Virus record (IMG/VR): IMGVR_UViG_3300035704_000393
Location: 1-64,000 of that record
Origin: a virus
Strand: one strand, 5' to 3'
DNA length: 64,000 nucleotides
Positions 39,401 to 48,184 of this stretch are shown here, piece after piece. Both the position numbers and the translations under genes were made by a program. The notes below the pieces were generated by a model. That model saw only the letters and a list, made by a program, of their open reading frames with translations. It did not search any database and was not told the DNA's origin. Position 1 is the stretch's first letter; the number at the start of each line of letters is the position of its first letter.

Positions 39401-39857
39401 GCGGCGGCGGCAGGCCGAGGTCCGGCGGCACCCCGGCAGCCCGCCGGCCAGGCCCGGGCAGCCCCCGCCCGGCGCCGCTGGGATGATGGCCGCCCCGCAG
39501 GCCCAGCTTGCCGCAGCCGACCTGTCCCGGCTGATCAGCGATCAGGTCGCCCAGGCCACCGACCGGCTCTCCCGCGAACAGCACGAGCAGCTCCGCGAGG
39601 TCAGGGCCGAACTGGAGCGCAGCCAGGCCGAGCTGGCCGAGCTGCACAAGACCGAAGCCAAAACAGAGGAAGCGGCCAAGGAAAAAGGCAAGACCGTCCG
39701 CAAGCTGATCCACCACGTCCTCGCCCTGGCGGCCGTCGCTGTCCTGACGTTCATCGGGGTCAAGACCGGCAACCTGGAGAACCCGATGTTCGCTGGCCTG
39801 GCCGCCACCGGCCCCCTGTTCCTCCAGGAGGCCCTCGACGCGGTGAAGCGGGTCTGA
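36486..39857 (+). CDS. Head-associated multidomain protein: DUF7178-like domain, two NHPxC repeats, C-terminal coiled coil and hydrophobic helices
   Basis: GGGAGG RBS; WY...ATCP..QW..N...KRRNFYNNI...VTVDTW; ENHPGC...CH and ENHPEC...CH repeats; LALAAVAVLTFIGV. Confidence 0.7.
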   Translation: MPYTTAGGWASLDLAGPPPDLTGWLTGAAAIPGRPWHVVIENHPGCTPDKPHGIVAGGERLLACHATPEEARAIAEKLDLSEPSGVGDSSTGGTSAAFDPARHPRIEHGHGGGEFTHNPFGIPAPTPGTAGHLHDGITDPPPSQALKMKGAFTLAGLGPDDKLLGKVNAKLTRPLMGAGPNKGKVRRPAVPPYRQSVTKTSAAMMALIEQQGTLEEGKKWYPDEHEMNHRRALAYHVPIDRAIGVEAATCPRVQWIINQRVTNELLDEVPKAGRTIEKIKIAHHFGGGVMASFRDEGVDIILNGDVDHVLGGTKRRNFYNNIMWPGQTDSVTVDTWMLQALKPLGLNDQQAMALGEQSVAGLADGLGKVIVADALRDATARYRAQGVDITPDGVQAAAWIAIQKQLGLSDPSAHDNPRDTAYMLHAAFRSELHPRTGKGQKGAGEFARLELGGGGRHTGPGSFEHIRSIEHLADEIDTANLAGGGGRSETAAALRNVARHVGLRQVDVARQHMAVALAAAKRDKLGDLQMRDLRAIAASLDNIPKGTYPEPGFGERAKDEEAPPSIQRHRRQGPGYFPSRVHQAAAQPDPDDDGGELTDDQWDAELLLQYLEWLAEAVPGGVDLGSPGSARLTGGLAADNPAAWKLALADPRFGRLGMTTAQARQAARGTAPPPPAAPQAAWNPLRHPRNKQGEWTADGAAKDIATSAKSVHPNVWNMGGGGAVDALHRGDLREAQANLARARDFAALTHRDQDQAVMQRHLDAVTEHLKTPAQRVAEMEQADKPLINRAEVTAEPNYPGSAAKNVHDSDGNLVGMVFPHPDGKGGYQATDDQGAKIGLDRMPSEDAAIGEVVAERNRKQLTAAAASQPAGPVTVRENHPECPAHAPHGTVDSRTGELVMCHRTKDQAQDLALTLNFPDATPVTPGAVMQVGAAKGGFREDLHPRRGRGKGGGEFAPKGQGGGQPASQRTLQRRRQAEVRRHPGSPPARPGQPPPGAAGMMAAPQAQLAAADLSRLISDQVAQATDRLSREQHEQLREVRAELERSQAELAELHKTEAKTEEAAKEKGKTVRKLIHHVLALAAVAVLTFIGVKTGNLENPMFAGLAATGPLFLQEALDAVKRV

Positions 39858-42800
39858 TGGCCGCCGCACCGCCCCCGGCCGACCAGGCGAAGGCCGCGGC
39901 GGGACTCCTGAAGCTGTTCACCGGCGCAGGCGCCAGCCAGGCCGACGCGCAGGCCGCCGCCGACCACTACGTCGCCGCAGCCGAGAAGATGATCACCTCC
40001 GGCGACTACGCGCTCCCGGCTGGCGGTGCCAGCACCGCCGCGGCCTGGAACCCGGCCGCGCACCCGCGCGCCCCGGCCGGCGGCCCGGCCGGCGGTCAGT
40101 TCGCCCCCGGCGGCACCGGAGCGGCGCCGACCAACGCCAAGCCGGTCGGCGAGGGCGCCAAGGGGCCGCAGGTCCGCCAGCTCCAGGCCCGCCTCAAGGC
40201 GCTCGGCTACAACATCGCCGTCGACGGCATCTTCGGCCCGCAAACCCTCGCCGCGGTCAGGCAGTTCCAGGCCAGCCACCTGGACGCCAACGGCAAGCAG
40301 CTGAAAGAAGACGGCCTGGTCGGCCCCCTGACGACCAGCGCGCTCCGGCAGAAAACCCCCGCCAAGTCCGGCGCCAAGGGCCGGACCTCCAAGACCGGCG
40401 GCACCACGAAGACGAGGACGACGCCGAAGCCCGGGACCGCCAGGACGACCACAGGCAAGAAGACCACAGGCAAGAAGTCCCCCACCACGGCCAGAGCGAT
40501 CACCCGGGGCAAGGCGCAGATCGCCAAGACCGCCAAGACGAAGACGACCAGCCCGGCCACGACCGGCGTGGCCGCCAACGACGTCCCCGGGTCGGTCACC
40601 AAGCCGCAGCAGGCCGCGGTCACCAACGAGCTGACGCTCCGCAAGATCCCCCCGGCCCAGGCCCAGGCGTTCAAAGCCGACCTGACCCGCCTGTCCCGCA
40701 ACGACGCCACCGCGCTGCTGGCCTACATCCGGAACACCTACACCTTCGCCAGCGCACCCTCCGGCGACGTGTCGGCGCTGTCCGGCTTTGACGAGAACGA
40801 GACCCGCGACACCCACGGCCGGTGGACTACCGCCGAAGGCGGCCCCGGCTCCCCGGCCGCCCGGCTCCACGGCAAGCAGGTGCGCGGCCACACCCCCGAA
40901 GGCAACGACGTCCGCGGCCGGTACGACCACAACACCAAGGAAGTCCTTGACCGGTTCGGCGGCCGGCACAAGGTCACCCGGGTCCGGGAAGAAGACCCGG
41001 TGTCCGCCGCTGGCGGCCAGTCCAACCGGGGTAACGCCGAGACCCTGCACCGCTACTGGGGCACCGGTGAAGGCGCCGCGAAGATCCGGTGGGGCACTGA
41101 CGGGGACCACATGCGGTGCGTCCGCCAGCTCATGGAGCACGGCCACTTCACCGAAGAACAGGCCCACGGCTACTGCAACTTGATGGAAAAGCGGGTCACC
41201 GGCGAATACCCCGCCCAGCACGCCCACCGGGAGAAGGCCGCCGCCGGTGACACCCCGGCCGGCCTGCCCGCGCTGGTCACCATCCCCGGCGTGGACATCC
41301 TCGCGGCCGGCACCTGGGCCTTGTCGACCGGCAGGCAGACGTTCACCGCCGCCGACCTCCAGTCCGCCATCGACGCGTCCGAATGCCCCGCCGTCGGGCA
41401 GCCGGTGATCAAGATCGGCCACCTGGACCCGCGGTTCGCGCCGCAGCCCGAGCACGACGGCGAACCCGCCATCGGCCGGGTGATGAACCTGCGGCTGTCC
41501 GGCAACGGCGCCAAGATCGTCGGCGACCTGGCCGGGATGCCCGGCTGGCTCGCCGGCATCGCAGCGTCCGCCTTCCCCCGCCGCAGCGTGGAGGGCAAAT
41601 ACAGGTTCAGGTGCCAAATCGGGCATCAGCACCCCTTCGTGCTGACCGGCCTCGCCCTACTGGGCGTCACCCCACCCGGCGTCGGCGTGCTATCCGGCCT
41701 GCCGGACGTCGCAACCCTTTACGGCCTCACCGCCGCTGCCGCGCAGGCGGGCCAGGCGTGGCGCACCGAGCAGGACCAGGAAGGAACCGTGATGGCCGTC
41801 ACCGAAGAGGATGTCCGGCGGCAGTACTACGCCACCGCCGGCGCTCCCCAGTCTTGGTGGATCACCGAACTCCAGATGTTCCCGCCGCAGCTGATCGTCG
41901 CCGACGAGCAGTCCGGCAAGATCTACCGCGTCGGATACCGCATCGACGGGTCCGCCGTCGCGTTCGACCAGGCCCAGGAGGTGGCCTCCTACGCCGACGT
42001 CGCCGCTGCCCGCGGCACCGGCCCGGTCGTCGCCTACGCCTCCGCGGCCGACTCCCGGGCCGTGATCCTGGCCGCCTGGGACGGCGCCGCAGCGGTCCGC
42101 CAGCTCGGCGACAACCCCTCCAGCGGCACGCTCAGGGCCATGTTCGCGATCCCCGGCACAACCAAGTCCGACAGCTCCCTGCCCCACCACGACGTGTCCG
42201 GCGGGAAGGTCGGCGCGGCCAACCCGGACGCCTGCTCCGCCGCGATCGCCGCGCTGAACGGCGGCCGGGGCGGCATGAAGGGCGTCTCCGCGTCGCAGGC
42301 CAAGGCCGCCTACAGCCACCTGGCCTCACACCTGCGCACCGCCGGCCGGACCCCGCCCGACTTCTCCGGCGCCCAGGACGGCGACGGCGACGGCGTGGAC
42401 TGGCAGACCGAGCCGGCCGAGCAGATCGGCTGGCAGTTCGCCTACATCGCCGCGACCTACGGCGGGCAGGACCCGCCCGGCGCAGAACCGGACGGCGGCC
42501 AGGAGCCCGGCACCGAACTGGAGCCGGGCTCTCTTGCTGCCCGGTGGCAGCGGCTCCTGGAGATCCGCGCCGCGGCCACCGACACCGACGCCGACGACAC
42601 GGTGCAGGGCCTGGTCGCCAGCCTCGACGCCACCCTCGACCAGGCCGCCGCCCTGGCCGGCCAGGTCGACCCCAAGGCGGTCCCCGAAGCCGCCGGGCAG
42701 GTCCTCGCCCTCGTCGTCGCGGCGGAGGCCCTGGTCGACCAGCTGATGGACAAGCTCGGCATCTACGACCCCGACGACACCGACAGCGACACCAGCGCCG

Positions 42801-43621
42801 CCGCCGAGCCCGACGAGGACGGCGGCGAGGGCGTGGCCGCAGCCGGGGACACGGTGCACGAGCCGATCCACGGCAACTTCGACGGGTCCCACTCCCACCC
42901 GCACCGCGCGTACGGCACGCAGGGCTCCGACGAGACCCACGAGCACAAGCACACCCACTCCGGCGACGGCCGGCACGATCACGCGCACGCAGAAACCCAA
43001 GCCGCAGCAGACGCGGCGGCCACCCAAGAAGAAGGGAACCCGGGCATGGGCTACGAGTTCACGACAGCACAGATGGCCGCGATCCGTGCGCGGCTCGGCA
43101 AGCAGGAAGGAGAGGAAGTCGCCGCCGGCGACATCGCCGCCGTGTTCGGCGCGCCGCAGCCCCCGTGGCCGGTCCAGGCCGCCGCGGCAGGCACCAGCGG
43201 CGACGGCCCGGTCGAGGTCCCGGTCATCGCCGACGGCGTGCACCTGGTCGAGGCCAACATCCTCCGCAAGTACCAGGAGGAAGCCCTCGCCGGCCAGCGG
43301 GCCGTCCGCGCCATGCACGTCGCCCAGCGCGACGGCATCCTCGCCGCGGCGATCAAGGACGGCAAGTTCGCGCAGTCCCGGCTGGAGCACTTCCAGACGC
43401 TGTGGGACCGGGACCCGGACGGCACCCGCAAGCTCGTCGCCAGCCTCGCCGGCGGGCTGGTCCCGATGGCCGCGGTGGGGTCCAACGGCGACTGGGCCAG
43501 CGACCCGGACATGCCCGGCGACTTCGACGCGCAGAGGGCGTACCGGGACCTGTACCCGGAAGACACGCAGGGCGGCGTCAGCCCCGCTCCGGGCGTGAGG
43601 GGCGGCGCCTACAGTGGCTGA
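39857..43621 (+). CDS. Prohead protease/scaffold polyprotein (Mu-like protease) with N-terminal peptidoglycan-binding domain
   Basis: TGATG overlap; G..VRQLQARL..LGY..AVDGIFGPQTLAAVRQFQ; ILAAGTW...IKIGH...GEPAIGRV...RRSVE...LALLG..PPGV; scaffold-like AAIKDGKF C-terminus. Confidence 0.8.
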   Translation: MAAAPPPADQAKAAAGLLKLFTGAGASQADAQAAADHYVAAAEKMITSGDYALPAGGASTAAAWNPAAHPRAPAGGPAGGQFAPGGTGAAPTNAKPVGEGAKGPQVRQLQARLKALGYNIAVDGIFGPQTLAAVRQFQASHLDANGKQLKEDGLVGPLTTSALRQKTPAKSGAKGRTSKTGGTTKTRTTPKPGTARTTTGKKTTGKKSPTTARAITRGKAQIAKTAKTKTTSPATTGVAANDVPGSVTKPQQAAVTNELTLRKIPPAQAQAFKADLTRLSRNDATALLAYIRNTYTFASAPSGDVSALSGFDENETRDTHGRWTTAEGGPGSPAARLHGKQVRGHTPEGNDVRGRYDHNTKEVLDRFGGRHKVTRVREEDPVSAAGGQSNRGNAETLHRYWGTGEGAAKIRWGTDGDHMRCVRQLMEHGHFTEEQAHGYCNLMEKRVTGEYPAQHAHREKAAAGDTPAGLPALVTIPGVDILAAGTWALSTGRQTFTAADLQSAIDASECPAVGQPVIKIGHLDPRFAPQPEHDGEPAIGRVMNLRLSGNGAKIVGDLAGMPGWLAGIAASAFPRRSVEGKYRFRCQIGHQHPFVLTGLALLGVTPPGVGVLSGLPDVATLYGLTAAAAQAGQAWRTEQDQEGTVMAVTEEDVRRQYYATAGAPQSWWITELQMFPPQLIVADEQSGKIYRVGYRIDGSAVAFDQAQEVASYADVAAARGTGPVVAYASAADSRAVILAAWDGAAAVRQLGDNPSSGTLRAMFAIPGTTKSDSSLPHHDVSGGKVGAANPDACSAAIAALNGGRGGMKGVSASQAKAAYSHLASHLRTAGRTPPDFSGAQDGDGDGVDWQTEPAEQIGWQFAYIAATYGGQDPPGAEPDGGQEPGTELEPGSLAARWQRLLEIRAAATDTDADDTVQGLVASLDATLDQAAALAGQVDPKAVPEAAGQVLALVVAAEALVDQLMDKLGIYDPDDTDSDTSAAAEPDEDGGEGVAAAGDTVHEPIHGNFDGSHSHPHRAYGTQGSDETHEHKHTHSGDGRHDHAHAETQAAADAAATQEEGNPGMGYEFTTAQMAAIRARLGKQEGEEVAAGDIAAVFGAPQPPWPVQAAAAGTSGDGPVEVPVIADGVHLVEANILRKYQEEALAGQRAVRAMHVAQRDGILAAAIKDGKFAQSRLEHFQTLWDRDPDGTRKLVASLAGGLVPMAAVGSNGDWASDPDMPGDFDAQRAYRDLYPEDTQGGVSPAPGVRGGAYSG

Positions 43622-43991
43622 CTACGCCCCCGTCTACGGCCGGCCCCAGCAGGTCAGCTTCACCGCGGGCGCGGCCATCACCGGCGGCCAGCTGCTGTCG
43701 TTCTCGGCTGCCGACACCGTGATACCGGCCGCGAACAACGCCGCCAACTACGCGGGCGTCGCCGGCCACGACGCGGCCTCCGGCGCCCCGGTCACCGTGC
43801 TGATGGGTTCCGGTGTCGTGCACGAGACGCTGGCCACCGCCGCCACCGCGGCCGGCGCGCTCGTGTTCGCCGGGTCGGCAACCGCCGGCCAGCTCGGCGC
43901 CACCAGCACCGGCTACGGCGCGGTCGGCGTGGCCGTCCGCGCCACCGCAGGCGCCAACGGGCTGCTGCGGTGGAAGGCCCTGGTGGGGTGA
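43614..43991 (+). CDS. Capsid cement/decoration protein (DUF2190-like), paralogue 1
   Basis: DY.P.Y...FTAGAAITGGQL...GVAGHDAASGAPVTV; immediately after scaffold. Confidence 0.75.
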   Translation: MADYAPVYGRPQQVSFTAGAAITGGQLLSFSAADTVIPAANNAANYAGVAGHDAASGAPVTVLMGSGVVHETLATAATAAGALVFAGSATAGQLGATSTGYGAVGVAVRATAGANGLLRWKALVG

Positions 43992-43994
43992 GCC

Positions 43995-44369
43995 GTGGCC
44001 GACTACGAAGCGACATACGGCCGCCCGCAGCACCTCCAGGCCACGGCCGGGGCAGCCATCACCGGCGGGCAGGTGCTCGTCTACTCCGCCGCTGACACGG
44101 TGATCCCGGCCGCCGGGGCCTCGTCCGCGTTCGCCGGCGTGGCCGGCCACGACGCGGCGAACGGCGCCCCGGTCACCATCCTGGCGGGCTCGGGGATCGT
44201 GCACGAGACCCAGACCACCGCCGCGGCGGTCGCCGTCGGGGCGCTGATCCAGTCCGCCGCAGGGGGCCTGGTAACCGGCGGCGCCGCGGCCGGCGCTGAG
44301 ATCGGCGTCGCGATCCGGGCGGTGTCAGGTTCCGGCGGGGTCCTCCGCTGGAAGTCCACCAGGGGCTAG
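43995..44369 (+). CDS. Capsid cement/decoration protein, paralogue 2
   Basis: Highly similar to paralogue 1. Confidence 0.75.
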   Translation: MADYEATYGRPQHLQATAGAAITGGQVLVYSAADTVIPAAGASSAFAGVAGHDAANGAPVTILAGSGIVHETQTTAAAVAVGALIQSAAGGLVTGGAAAGAEIGVAIRAVSGSGGVLRWKSTRG

Positions 44370-44373
44370 GCCG

Positions 44374-45093
44374 GTGGCTGACTACGCGCCGGCCTACGGC
44401 CGGCCGCAGGACGTTACCTTCACCGCCGACGCCACCATCACCGGCGGGCAGCTGCTGTATTTCAGTGCGGCTGACCGGGTATCGCCGACCACCGGGCCGA
44501 CCGCCGCGTTCGCCGGGATCGCCGGTCACGACGCCACGCCCGGCGCTCCGGTCACGGTGCTCGCCGGCTCCGGTGTCGTGCACGAGACACCCACGGCCGC
44601 GCAGCTGAACGCGCCGGCCCAGCCCGTCCCGACCACGGCCGCGGCCGGCGGCACAGTCGCGGACGGCACCTACAAGGTGGCGGTCTCCTACGTCACCGCC
44701 TCCGGTGAGACCACCGCCTCAACCCAGGGCACGATCGTGACGGCGGGCGGCGGCACGTCCACGATCACCGTCCCCTCACCCTCGGCGCAGCCCGGCGCGA
44801 CCGGGTGGTTCGCCTACGTCTCCCAGGCTGGCGGCTCCACCCTGACCCGCCAGCAGGCCCCCGGAGCGCCGACGAACATCGGCACCGGCCTGACCCTGAC
44901 CGCGCCGCCCACCTCGGGCGGCGCCCAGCCGCCCGCGGGCAACACGACCGGGATCACCCCCGGCGAGCTTGTCTCGGCCGCAGCCAGCGGCCAGATCGCC
45001 GGCACCACCGCAGCCGGGATGGACATCGGCGTCGCCATCCGCGCCAGCCCCGCAGCCGGCGGGCTCGTCCGGTGGAAAACCACCCGCGGCTAG
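44374..45093 (+). CDS. Capsid cement/decoration protein, paralogue 3, with inserted ~110-aa beta domain
   Basis: Same N- and C-terminal motifs; insert GTYKVAVSYVTASGET...ATGWFAYVS. Confidence 0.75.
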   Translation: MADYAPAYGRPQDVTFTADATITGGQLLYFSAADRVSPTTGPTAAFAGIAGHDATPGAPVTVLAGSGVVHETPTAAQLNAPAQPVPTTAAAGGTVADGTYKVAVSYVTASGETTASTQGTIVTAGGGTSTITVPSPSAQPGATGWFAYVSQAGGSTLTRQQAPGAPTNIGTGLTLTAPPTSGGAQPPAGNTTGITPGELVSAAASGQIAGTTAAGMDIGVAIRASPAAGGLVRWKTTRG

Positions 45094-45203
45094 CGCCGGG
45101 ACCCCCCGGGCTACATGGATACCCGGGCGCCCCGGCTGGGGCGCAAGCGCCATGCTCGCCGCTCACCCGTAACCCCGAACCCTAGCAAGCCGCGGGAGGC
45201 CCG

Positions 45204-45605
45204 GTGCCCGACTACACGCCGGTATTCCTCCCCGGCCTGACCATCACCCTCATCGCCGCCGCCGGCCTGACCGGCGGCGACCCGGTGGAAGTCGGCGGGT
45301 CCGGAACCGTCCAGAAGGTCACCGCCGCCGGGTCGATGCGGTACGTCGGCATTGCCGCCCACGACGCCATCGCCGGCTACCAGGTCACCGTGATCCTCGA
45401 CCGGGCGGTGCACGAGGGCGCCGCCGACGGACCCATCAACGCCGGCGACCAGCTCGCCGCCTCACCCAGAGCCGGCCACCAGGTCACCCAGCTGCCCGCC
45501 GCGCTCACCGCCGCCGCGGCGGACGTCAACCTGGCCCGCGCCGTCATCGGCGTGGCCCTGACCTCCGCGGCCGACGGCACCACCGTCCGCTGGATGCAGC
45601 GGTAA
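45204..45605 (+). CDS. Capsid cement/decoration protein, paralogue 4 (more divergent)
   Basis: GGGAGG RBS; DYTPVF...LTGG..VEV...VGIAAHDA...IGVALTSAADG. Confidence 0.75.
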   Translation: MPDYTPVFLPGLTITLIAAAGLTGGDPVEVGGSGTVQKVTAAGSMRYVGIAAHDAIAGYQVTVILDRAVHEGAADGPINAGDQLAASPRAGHQVTQLPAALTAAAADVNLARAVIGVALTSAADGTTVRWMQR

Positions 45606-45721
45606 CCCCCCACCCGCACAACGAGCCAACCACAGGCCCGCCCGGGCCTGCGGGCTGCACTGATACCCCACCGCGCCGGGGGTCGGCAGGCACATTCCCT
45701 CACGAAAGGAAATGACGGGAA

Positions 45722-46663
45722 ATGCCCCACATTTATCCTCCGGCTGCGCCGACTCTTTCCGGCGACATTCTCACCATCAGCCGTTTCCTGAACAGCCCCG
45801 CGCTGGTTCAGAGGCGGCTTCGGACAATCGCCGAGGCGCGATTCATCGCGGACAGCATTTTGTCCGGCAGGTACGAGACGAGTGGGGGCGCTTTGCTTTA
45901 TGAGCAGACCGAATCCATTTACACCAGTAAGCCGCCCGAGGCGGTAAATGCGGGTGCAGAATACCCGCGTTCGCCGGCGGCTCCCGGTCCCGCGGCATTG
46001 GCGGGAATTACAAAATGGGGCCAGGATGTGCCCATTACCGATGAGCATGTTCACCGGTACGGGAGAAGGGCAGTGGATGTCGCGCTGCTCAAGATCGTGA
46101 ACTTCCTCGTCAAGCAGGTCGACACCACCGCCCTGGTGGCCATCGGCGCGGCCATCCCCGTCGGCAACCAGATCGCCGCCACGGCCGGATGGGACACCCC
46201 CGCGTCGTCCAACATTCTGTTTGACCTGATGAGGGCCAAGGCGCAGATCGAGCAGTTCGACCAGGGATACACCGCGGACACGGTGATCACCACCGACCTC
46301 GGCGTCGCCCGGATCGTCGCCGACCGGAACATCATCGCCGGACTGGCCCGCGAGGGCGCGACCACGGTCACCTCATCGGGTGAGCTGCGGGAAATCGGCG
46401 GCCTGCGGATCATGGCCACCAATAATATCCCCGCCCTGTCCAGCTATAAGGCGTTCGTGGTCGACTCCACCATGCTCGGCGGCCTCGCATACGAAAGGCT
46501 GGAAAGCCCGGAATACGCCGGCGATCCTGCCAACGGCGTGGAGTCCTGGACCCGCCGCGACCCGTCCGCAAATGACCAGTGGCTGGTCCGCGGAAGGCGC
46601 CCTGTCGTGCCGATCATTCAGGAGCCGAACGCGGCCGTCGCCATTACCGGCACCACCGGCTGA
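45722..46663 (+). CDS. Major capsid protein
   Basis: 313 aa after protease/scaffold/cement; PE.V..GAEYP, KWG....ITDE, P.I.EP.A motifs of actinophage HK97-fold capsids. Confidence 0.85.
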   Translation: MPHIYPPAAPTLSGDILTISRFLNSPALVQRRLRTIAEARFIADSILSGRYETSGGALLYEQTESIYTSKPPEAVNAGAEYPRSPAAPGPAALAGITKWGQDVPITDEHVHRYGRRAVDVALLKIVNFLVKQVDTTALVAIGAAIPVGNQIAATAGWDTPASSNILFDLMRAKAQIEQFDQGYTADTVITTDLGVARIVADRNIIAGLAREGATTVTSSGELREIGGLRIMATNNIPALSSYKAFVVDSTMLGGLAYERLESPEYAGDPANGVESWTRRDPSANDQWLVRGRRPVVPIIQEPNAAVAITGTTG

Positions 46664-46734
46664 ACCACCCGGGAAAGCCACCCGGATAAGTCCCCGAAAA
46701 GGAATCTAATTCCCGCAGGAAAGGTATATCAGCC

Positions 46735-47472
46735 ATGCCAGCAATGGATCAGGTGGCCTGGGCGAACGCCAATGTCACCGTCGGCGGCGACACCACGCCG
46801 TACGCCCGCGGCGCGCTGCTGCCCGAGCCGACCAGCCCCGAGGAAGCCGCCGAGCGGTCTACGCTACGGCTGATCGGCGCGATCCGCAGCGTCGAGGTCG
46901 TCTACACGGCGGAGGAACTCGCCGAGCAGGCCCGGGCGCGCGGCCAGGCATCCGCGGCCCGCGAAGCCGCCCTGGACGTCGACCCGGCGGCCCCGCTGGG
47001 CCAGCAGGTCGCCGGCTCGGCCCAGTCCGGGCCGCCCACCCTGGTCGAGCCGTCCGGGTCGCCCGTCGTCATCGGCGACGAGGACCTGCGCTCCGAGCAC
47101 CAGCGGCAGCAGCGCGACGCCCAGCAGCGGGCCGACCAGGCCCAGGGCAAGCCGCCGGCCACGAACGCGACCAAGCAAGCCTGGGTCGACCACGCCGTCA
47201 GGCAGGGCGCCGACCGCGACGAGGCCGAGGGCCTGACCCGCGACCAGCTCCGCGAGCGGTACCGGGCACCGGACGAGACCGACACCGGGCCGCCCACCGC
47301 GATGGACCAGGCGGGCGCCGCCCAGTTCGCCGACAAGCAGGCCCGGGAGCAGGGCAGCCAGGCCCAGGCAGCCCAGCAGCAGGGCCAGGCCGCCGAGAAG
47401 CAGGGGCAGGCGGGCCAGCAGCAGGGTCAGGGAAGCCGGCCGTCCGGGGCGAAGCCCGGCGCCTCGGGCTGA
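46735..47472 (+). CDS. Hypothetical post-capsid protein with small helical (HeH/LEM-like) motif
   Basis: GGAAAGG RBS; PP.TNATKQAWVDHAV..GA...EAEGLTRDQL. Confidence 0.65.
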   Translation: MPAMDQVAWANANVTVGGDTTPYARGALLPEPTSPEEAAERSTLRLIGAIRSVEVVYTAEELAEQARARGQASAAREAALDVDPAAPLGQQVAGSAQSGPPTLVEPSGSPVVIGDEDLRSEHQRQQRDAQQRADQAQGKPPATNATKQAWVDHAVRQGADRDEAEGLTRDQLRERYRAPDETDTGPPTAMDQAGAAQFADKQAREQGSQAQAAQQQGQAAEKQGQAGQQQGQGSRPSGAKPGASG

Positions 47473-47475
47473 CCA

Positions 47476-47982
47476 GTGGCCGAGTCATGGCAGCCCGCGC
47501 TCGATGACGTGGGCCGGCTGATCCCCACCAGGACCCGTGACGCGGCAGACCCGGGCTCGGACGAGATGCTCGGCACGTTCACCACCACCACCACGCCGTC
47601 CGCCGACCAGGCCCAGGCCATGATCGACGCCGCAGTGCGCGACGTGGTGTCCCAGACCGGGCCGATCGACGCCTACCACGACGTCGAGCTGACCGATGCC
47701 GCGCGGAACGCCGCCGCCTGGCGGGCCGCCGCCGACATCGAGCTGAGCTACCCCAACAGGGACGCCGACGTGCAGGTGTACGAGGCGCTCGACGCCCGGG
47801 CCAAGTACGAGATGACCGTCGTGCTGCGCCGCCTCCAGATCCAGGGCGAGGGCGCCCCGGAGGCGGTGCCGTTCTGGTCCGCGCCCGACCCGCCGCCGTA
47901 TGCCGACGCCGACCCGGGCGACTACACCCGCCCGCTCGGCGTGTGGTACTGGGGCGGCGTCGACCCCGGCCCGATCCTGTGA
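47476..47982 (+). CDS. Head-to-tail adaptor
   Basis: Synteny; W.P..DDV..LIP.RT...FT..TTP...Q...IELSY. Confidence 0.7.
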   Translation: MAESWQPALDDVGRLIPTRTRDAADPGSDEMLGTFTTTTTPSADQAQAMIDAAVRDVVSQTGPIDAYHDVELTDAARNAAAWRAAADIELSYPNRDADVQVYEALDARAKYEMTVVLRRLQIQGEGAPEAVPFWSAPDPPPYADADPGDYTRPLGVWYWGGVDPGPIL

Positions 47983-48184
47983 CCGTCGCGCTGCTGGTCG
48001 CCGCGTACTACTGCCGGCGGTGCGACGTGGCCGGCCGGACCGCTGAGACCCAGCCCGGCCGGGCGGAGTGCTGGTGCTGCGGCCAGCCCGCGACCATCAC
48101 CGCCCGCGTCACCCCTACCGCGAACGCGTGGCCTGCGGTGATGCCAGGGGTCTTATACAAACGCGACCAGAAACGAGGCACCCG

